Shown here one piece after another: positions 59,189-64,000 of a stretch of 64,000 nt of DNA. The stretch lies in NCBI GenBank assembly GCA_012799635.1, contig JAAZKW010000003.1, positions 603-64,602 of the forward strand, in the 5' to 3' direction. Below the pieces are notes generated by a model. It did no database searches and was not told where the DNA came from. It saw nothing but the letters and a program-made list of their open reading frames with translations. The position numbers and the translations under genes were made by a program. Source of the stretch: Mollicutes bacterium. Its GTDB lineage: Bacteria > Bacillota_I > Bacilli_A > RF39 > UBA660. Position 1 is the first letter of the stretch. Every line of letters starts with the position of its first letter.

Positions 59189-59226
59189 AAAAACCAAACC
59201 TCCTATAATATTTTTTATGATTTTTT

Positions 59227-59332
59227 AAAAAAAAGTGATTAATTCATATATATACCAACCATTGAAATAAATCAAATAAGGTAAATGAACTAATCACAAT
59301 TTAATATTATCAAAGGTATTATACTTTGTCAA
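59227..59332 (-). repeat. promoter-hairpin-U-tract element, copy D
   Basis: Minus strand: TTGACA 59327-32 (inside the last codons of the ATPase gene), 17 nt, TAATAT 59304-09. Arms at 59285-97 and 59235-47. T8 at 59227-34. Confidence 0.75.
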
Positions 59333-61667
59333 CATTTTTAATAAATTTATTTTTAAAATTTTTTGAAAAAACACCGTCGATGATTTTTTTAAATAAATTG
59401 AACATATATAAACTACAAACTAGTAATAAAGTATATATTAATAGTATATTTTTATTTAAATATGTTAGACTAAAAAAATCATATTGAAATACTGCACAAT
59501 ATATAAATGCTAATACAAGACCTAATATCATTACAATTCTCTGAGGAGTATATGGTTTACATATACTATTTAAAAAAATAAACTCAGTTGATGCTGTTAA
59601 AAGAACCATTAAGGTACTACTTACAGCTTCAGAAAGGTGAAATTGTGTTTGAAATAAATAGACAACTAAAACATTAAAAACTACTGTTAAAGAGCAAGGA
59701 AAACTTCTTAAAAAGACTCTTTTTAAAAAATTAGGCTTTACGATTTCATTATTATATTCTAAAGCTAAGATGAATGAAGGAATAGATATCGTACAAGCAG
59801 TAATTAAAGTTAAATGAATAGGAATAAAAAAATATGTTCGATCTAAAAATAAACAAATAAGAATTAATATAACAGTAAAGATTGTTTTAGTAAGAAGAAG
59901 CGAACTACTTCGTTCGATATTATTAATGCTTCTTCTTCCTTCTTTAAAAATAACAGGTAAGTTTTCAATTCGATTATCAAGTAAAATAAATTGACTAACA
60001 TTTTTAGCCGCTTCTGAACCAGACTCCATTGCAATTGAACAATCAGCTGCTTTTAAAGCTAATGTATCATTAACCCCATCTCCAGTCATTGCAACAAAAT
60101 GACCTTTTTTTTGTAAAGAAGAAATTATTATTTCTTTTTGGTGTGGTTTTACTCTACCAAAAATATCATATTTCATCACTATTTCCTCAATTTTTGTATC
60201 ATCTATATTATCTAGTGATATTGCCTTAAAATCTTGTATACCAGCTTTTGATGCAATCTTTTTAATAGTCTTTATATTATCACCACTTATTATTTTAACT
60301 TTTATTTGTTCTTGTTTAAAATAATCCAATGTTTTTTTAGCATCAATCTTCACTTCGTCTTCGATTAATAAGTAACAAACAGGAGTTAATCCTTCTAAAT
60401 CGTTGAACTTGCCATGACCTTTTGAAAAAACTAAAACGCGATAGTTATTTTGATAATTAGAAACCTCTTTAGTTACTTCTTTAAGTAGGTTATCGGGACT
60501 TCCCAAATAATAAGAACCATCTTTAAACTCTACTCCACTATACTTTCTTTCAGAAGAAAAAGGTATTGAATTTATTACTTTTAAACTAGTTGTTAGATTT
60601 ATTTTTTCTTTTATAGCAGTAATTGTACTTGAATTATCATCAATAGAGGATATATAGCTTGATAAAAGATTGTTAACCTTTTCTTCATCTTGACCTAAAT
60701 AATCAATTTTATGAAGTTTCATATTACCAGTAGTAATAGTCCCTGTTTTATCTAAACATATTATATCAACTCTTGCTAAGTTTTCCGTTGCGTATAGCTC
60801 TTGAACTAAAATATTGCTTTTTTTAAGTCTTACAACACTTACTGCCATAGCACTACTAGTAAGTAAAATAAGGCCTTCAGGAATCATACCAATAACGGCG
60901 CCCACCATACTAATTAATGACTCTGCCCAATTAAAGTTTGTAATTTTTAATTGATTAATAAGAAATAAAGTACCAATGGGCACTAAACAAATACTAAGTA
61001 TTTTTATTAATTTATCAAATGATTTATAAATAACTGAAGGATTATCTTTTATATATTTAGCACCTAAAGTAATTTTTGAAATATAATTATCTTTTCCAAC
61101 TTTAGTTACTTTTATATAACATGTTCCACTTACGATAAAAGAACCACTAAGAACTTCATCTTTTTCTTTTTTAAAGATATTGTTAACTTCACCAGTAATA
61201 AATGATTCATTTACTTCACAAAAACCAGATATAATAATTCCATCAGTAACAATTTGTCTTCCTGTTTTATATTCTATTACATCTTTTAAAACGATTTCTT
61301 CTTTGGAGATACTTATTTTTTTGCCATCCCTAATAACTATAATAGGAGTATCTCTTAATACATTTAATTTATCAATTGTTTTTTTTGCTAAAATCTCATG
61401 AATAATAGAAATAATGGTATTTATAATCGCAACACCAAGAAATAAAGAATTTTTTAAACCATAAAAAAATCTACCACTTATAAGACCACTAAATATTACA
61501 AGACCAGCAAGTATTAGGTTTAAAATATTAAAAAAAGTAATACTATTATCTTTTACTATTTCTGATATACTCTTAGTCTTTGGCTCTTCAACTATATTAA
61601 TTTTTCCTAGTTTAATCTTTTCTTCTACTTCTTTAGAAGTAAGACCTATAATTTTTTTGTTTTCCAT
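59319..61667 (-). CDS. cation-translocating P-type ATPase (P2-type, PEGL motif)
   Basis: DKTGTIT phosphorylation site, IPEGL in TM4, TGDGVNDTLALKAADCSIAM hinge, about 10 TM helices. Confidence 0.9.
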   Translation of the reverse strand: MENKKIIGLTSKEVEEKIKLGKINIVEEPKTKSISEIVKDNSITFFNILNLILAGLVIFSGLISGRFFYGLKNSLFLGVAIINTIISIIHEILAKKTIDKLNVLRDTPIIVIRDGKKISISKEEIVLKDVIEYKTGRQIVTDGIIISGFCEVNESFITGEVNNIFKKEKDEVLSGSFIVSGTCYIKVTKVGKDNYISKITLGAKYIKDNPSVIYKSFDKLIKILSICLVPIGTLFLINQLKITNFNWAESLISMVGAVIGMIPEGLILLTSSAMAVSVVRLKKSNILVQELYATENLARVDIICLDKTGTITTGNMKLHKIDYLGQDEEKVNNLLSSYISSIDDNSSTITAIKEKINLTTSLKVINSIPFSSERKYSGVEFKDGSYYLGSPDNLLKEVTKEVSNYQNNYRVLVFSKGHGKFNDLEGLTPVCYLLIEDEVKIDAKKTLDYFKQEQIKVKIISGDNIKTIKKIASKAGIQDFKAISLDNIDDTKIEEIVMKYDIFGRVKPHQKEIIISSLQKKGHFVAMTGDGVNDTLALKAADCSIAMESGSEAAKNVSQFILLDNRIENLPVIFKEGRRSINNIERSSSLLLTKTIFTVILILICLFLDRTYFFIPIHLTLITACTISIPSFILALEYNNEIVKPNFLKRVFLRSFPCSLTVVFNVLVVYLFQTQFHLSEAVSSTLMVLLTASTEFIFLNSICKPYTPQRIVMILGLVLAFIYCAVFQYDFFSLTYLNKNILLIYTLLLVCSLYMFNLFKKIIDGVFSKNFKNKFIKNVDKV

Positions 61668-61756
61668 ATTTCATCCTGAAATAATTATAGCAAAAACAAC
61701 AACAAAAGTTAAGCTAAACATATTATTATATCCTAATAAAAAAGAAGCTTTTTTAT

Positions 61757-61957
61757 TTATTCTTCTTTTTTTCTTTTTCTTACTGCTTCTTTTGGTTTTG
61801 AAGCTTCATCTATAGCAGCCCAGTCTGCTCGAAAATCTTGTTCTTCCATCGCAGAAATATGCTCATACTCTTCCCAAAAATTGCTGTATCCATCATTAGT
61901 ATCGTTTTGATTAGATCTTTCTTCTTCGGGATAAAAAGAATCAATCAACAGTAACAT
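61757..61957 (-). CDS. hypothetical small acidic protein (66 aa)
   Basis: ORF only, with no convincing RBS. Confidence 0.3.
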   Translation of the reverse strand: MLLLIDSFYPEEERSNQNDTNDGYSNFWEEYEHISAMEEQDFRADWAAIDEASKPKEAVRKRKKEE

Positions 61958-61977
61958 TTGGTTTGCTAAAACCCTTA

Positions 61978-62205
61978 TTAGAGAAACAACACTTTTTTAT
62001 TTGCTAATCTCCTTAAGCCTTCTTTAATTTTATCAATTTTTATTTTTTTTCTTTCTTCGTGCGCTTCCCAAAAATCATCCAAAGACTGTCGATTCTTTCT
62101 TTTTAAGTATTCACGAAACTCAACCATTCTACGTGAATATGAACTAGGATATTTTCCCTTTACTTTTTCATATTCATCATCGCTAAAATTAAAATTACTA
62201 CTCAT
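61978..62205 (-). CDS. hypothetical small charged protein (75 aa)
   Basis: ORF with AAGAGGAGA upstream. Shares a [DN]FWE[AE] motif with the following small ORF. Confidence 0.45.
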   Translation of the reverse strand: MSSNFNFSDDEYEKVKGKYPSSYSRRMVEFREYLKRKNRQSLDDFWEAHEERKKIKIDKIKEGLRRLANKKVLFL

Positions 62206-62311
62206 TTTGTCTCCTCTTGAAACTTTAATATCTATTTTTGTTTCTTATACTTAATTTATCATAAAATTATATAACTTTCAATTTAAAAGCAAAGCTTTTA
62301 TAATCTTTGCT

Positions 62312-64000
62312 TTATTTACTTATTAAATCACATATTATACTTGATATCTTGGTTGGGTTTTCAACTGATAATCCTTCGATTAATCTTGCTTGAGCATAAA
62401 GAACCTCAGTAATCTTTTTTAATGTTTTTTTATCATTTTCATACAATGATTTAATTTTCTTTGCAATTGAATGCTTATTATTAATTTCTAATATTACTTT
62501 AGCATTAACATCCCCTGCTTGAGGCATAGCATTCAATACTTTTTGCATTTGAGTACTAATTTGACCTTCTGTAGTTAAACATACCGGATGCTTTGTAAGT
62601 TTACTAGTAAATCTAATATCAGCTATTTCTTTAGGTAAGGCTTTTTTCATTTCCTTAAACATTTCTTTATAATCGACATTTAATTTCTCTATCTTCTTTT
62701 TGTCCTTTTCATCTTCAAATGAAAGTGAACTATCAGAAATATTCATAAACTTTTTACCATTATATTCACCAAGTATTTGTAAAGTAAATTCATCTAAATA
62801 ATCAGTTAATAATAATACATCTAAGCCTTTTTCCTTCATTTGATCCATTTGTGGAAGACTTTCAATCTTTTCAATTGTTTCTCCACATCCATAATAAATA
62901 TATTCATCTTTTTTATTCATTTTAAATACATAAGCATCTAAAGTGATAAAATCTTGTTCTTTACTTGAATAAAATATTAATAAGTCTTTTAGTTTATCTT
63001 TATTTTCTCCATAATTATTATATACTCCGTATTTAATTGGTCCACCAAAATTTTTAAAAAACTCTTTATATTTATCAAATTCATTTTTTTGCATATCAAC
63101 TAAGACACTATGAATTTTACTTTCTAAAGATTTGGCAATATTTAAAACTCTTTTATCACTTTGAAGTGTTTCTCTTGATATATTTAAAGATAAATCATCT
63201 GTATCAACAACTCCTTTAATAAAATTATAATAATCAGGAAGTAATTTCTCACACTTATCCATTATTAATACACCATTAGTATATAATTCTAATCCCTTTT
63301 TATAATCTTTATAATAATAATCAAAAGATACATGAGATGGAATAAATAACAGCGATCTATATGAAACAAGTCCTTCTACATTATTATGGATTACTTTTAA
63401 AGGTTTTTCATAATCATAAAACTTACTAGTATAAAAATTATCATATTCTTCTTGTTTAATATCTTTTTTATGCTTTTTCCATAAAGGAACCATTGAATTA
63501 ATAGTTTCTATTTCTTTTACTGTTTCATATTCATCCTTAGATCCTTCTTTTAAACGAGAGTTTTCAACTTCTATCTGAATTGGATATCTTATATAATCAC
63601 TATATTTTTTAACAAGTTGTTTTATTCTATACTCTTCTAAAAAATCACTATAATTTTCATCTTCAGTATCATCTTTTAAATAAATTGTAATTATAGAACC
63701 TACATCTTTTTTATCACATTTTTCAATAGTGTATCCATCGACACCTTCAGAAGACCATAAATATCCCGTTTTCTCATCAAATCTTCTAGTTAAAACTTCT
63801 ACTTTTTTAGCTATCATAAAAGCAGAATAAAATCCTACACCAAATTGACCAATAATATTAGTATCTTTTAAACCTTCATTTTCCTCTTTAAAGTGTAATG
63901 AACCAGATTCTGCGATAGTACCAAGATTATCATCTAATTCTTTTTCGTTCATTCCAATACCATGGTCTTTAATAGTTAATGTTCTTTTGTCTTTGTCTAC
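62312..64000 (-). CDS. htpG: molecular chaperone HtpG (Hsp90), N-terminus outside window
   Basis: The frame stays open past the track Met to nt 64000 (..VDKDKRTLTIKDHGIGMNEKE..). GQFGVGFYSAFM motif, typical middle and C-terminal domains. Terminator hairpin at ~62287-62311. Confidence 0.93.
   Translation of the reverse strand, partial: VDKDKRTLTIKDHGIGMNEKELDDNLGTIAESGSLHFKEENEGLKDTNIIGQFGVGFYSAFMIAKKVEVLTRRFDEKTGYLWSSEGVDGYTIEKCDKKDVGSIITIYLKDDTEDENYSDFLEEYRIKQLVKKYSDYIRYPIQIEVENSRLKEGSKDEYETVKEIETINSMVPLWKKHKKDIKQEEYDNFYTSKFYDYEKPLKVIHNNVEGLVSYRSLLFIPSHVSFDYYYKDYKKGLELYTNGVLIMDKCEKLLPDYYNFIKGVVDTDDLSLNISRETLQSDKRVLNIAKSLESKIHSVLVDMQKNEFDKYKEFFKNFGGPIKYGVYNNYGENKDKLKDLLIFYSSKEQDFITLDAYVFKMNKKDEYIYYGCGETIEKIESLPQMDQMKEKGLDVLLLTDYLDEFTLQILGEYNGKKFMNISDSSLSFEDEKDKKKIEKLNVDYKEMFKEMKKALPKEIADIRFTSKLTKHPVCLTTEGQISTQMQKVLNAMPQAGDVNAKVILEINNKHSIAKKIKSLYENDKKTLKKITEVLYAQARLIEGLSVENPTKISSIICDLISK

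Noticed and set aside
61757-62205. The two small charged ORFs could be one gene broken by a stop or frameshift.
   Set aside because: The upstream ORF ends in two consecutive stops (TAA TAA) and the downstream ORF is in a different frame with no slippery sequence. The similarity is limited to a short FWE motif, so the evidence is too weak to call a pseudogene.

Overview
Very AT-rich chromosome segment using the standard code (TGA is a stop, Trp is TGG). It looks Bacillota-like: T-box leaders, GatCAB, an LtaS-type enzyme, rnc-smc, and a hisS...tcdA neighbourhood like Bacillus. I cannot assign a taxon from sequence alone.

Most of the window is housekeeping: aspS, mscL, ffh, maf, tsaC, rbgA, rnhB, topA, priA, hisS-asnS-gatCAB, tcdA-dxs, gpsA, a xer-type recombinase, smc, rnc, yidD, four tRNAs, a P-type ATPase and htpG. 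Between these sit lineage-specific hypothetical proteins and surface proteins, including a 1733-aa BspA/DUF285 LRR adhesin-like protein.

Main observations:
1. A four-copy ~106-bp element made of a consensus promoter, a 13-bp-stem hairpin RNA and a U-tract. Two copies are on each strand, flanking the strand-switch point. It looks like an undescribed sibling sRNA or attenuator family.
2. Gene orientation switches from + to - at about 50.1 kb. A near-perfect 11-6-11 dif-like palindrome sits there, 234 bp downstream of an apparently leaderless xer gene. This is probably the replication terminus and a xer/dif module.
3. A rod-shaped RNA of about 169 nt with its own promoter lies directly upstream of tcdA, where Bacillus keeps 6S-1 RNA.
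4. gatA lacks the amidase-signature serines, while gatB and gatC look intact.
5. Several other degenerate or split enzymes are present: an internally deleted MBL-fold protein, a stand-alone GlmU acetyltransferase domain, and a ZnuA-like lipoprotein without its His ligands.
6. A small gene is split at an A7 / A_AAA_AAC slippery site.
7. Two tandem paralogues, one carrying a 54-bp in-frame tandem duplication.

I saw no CRISPR array, rRNA, IS element or prophage.
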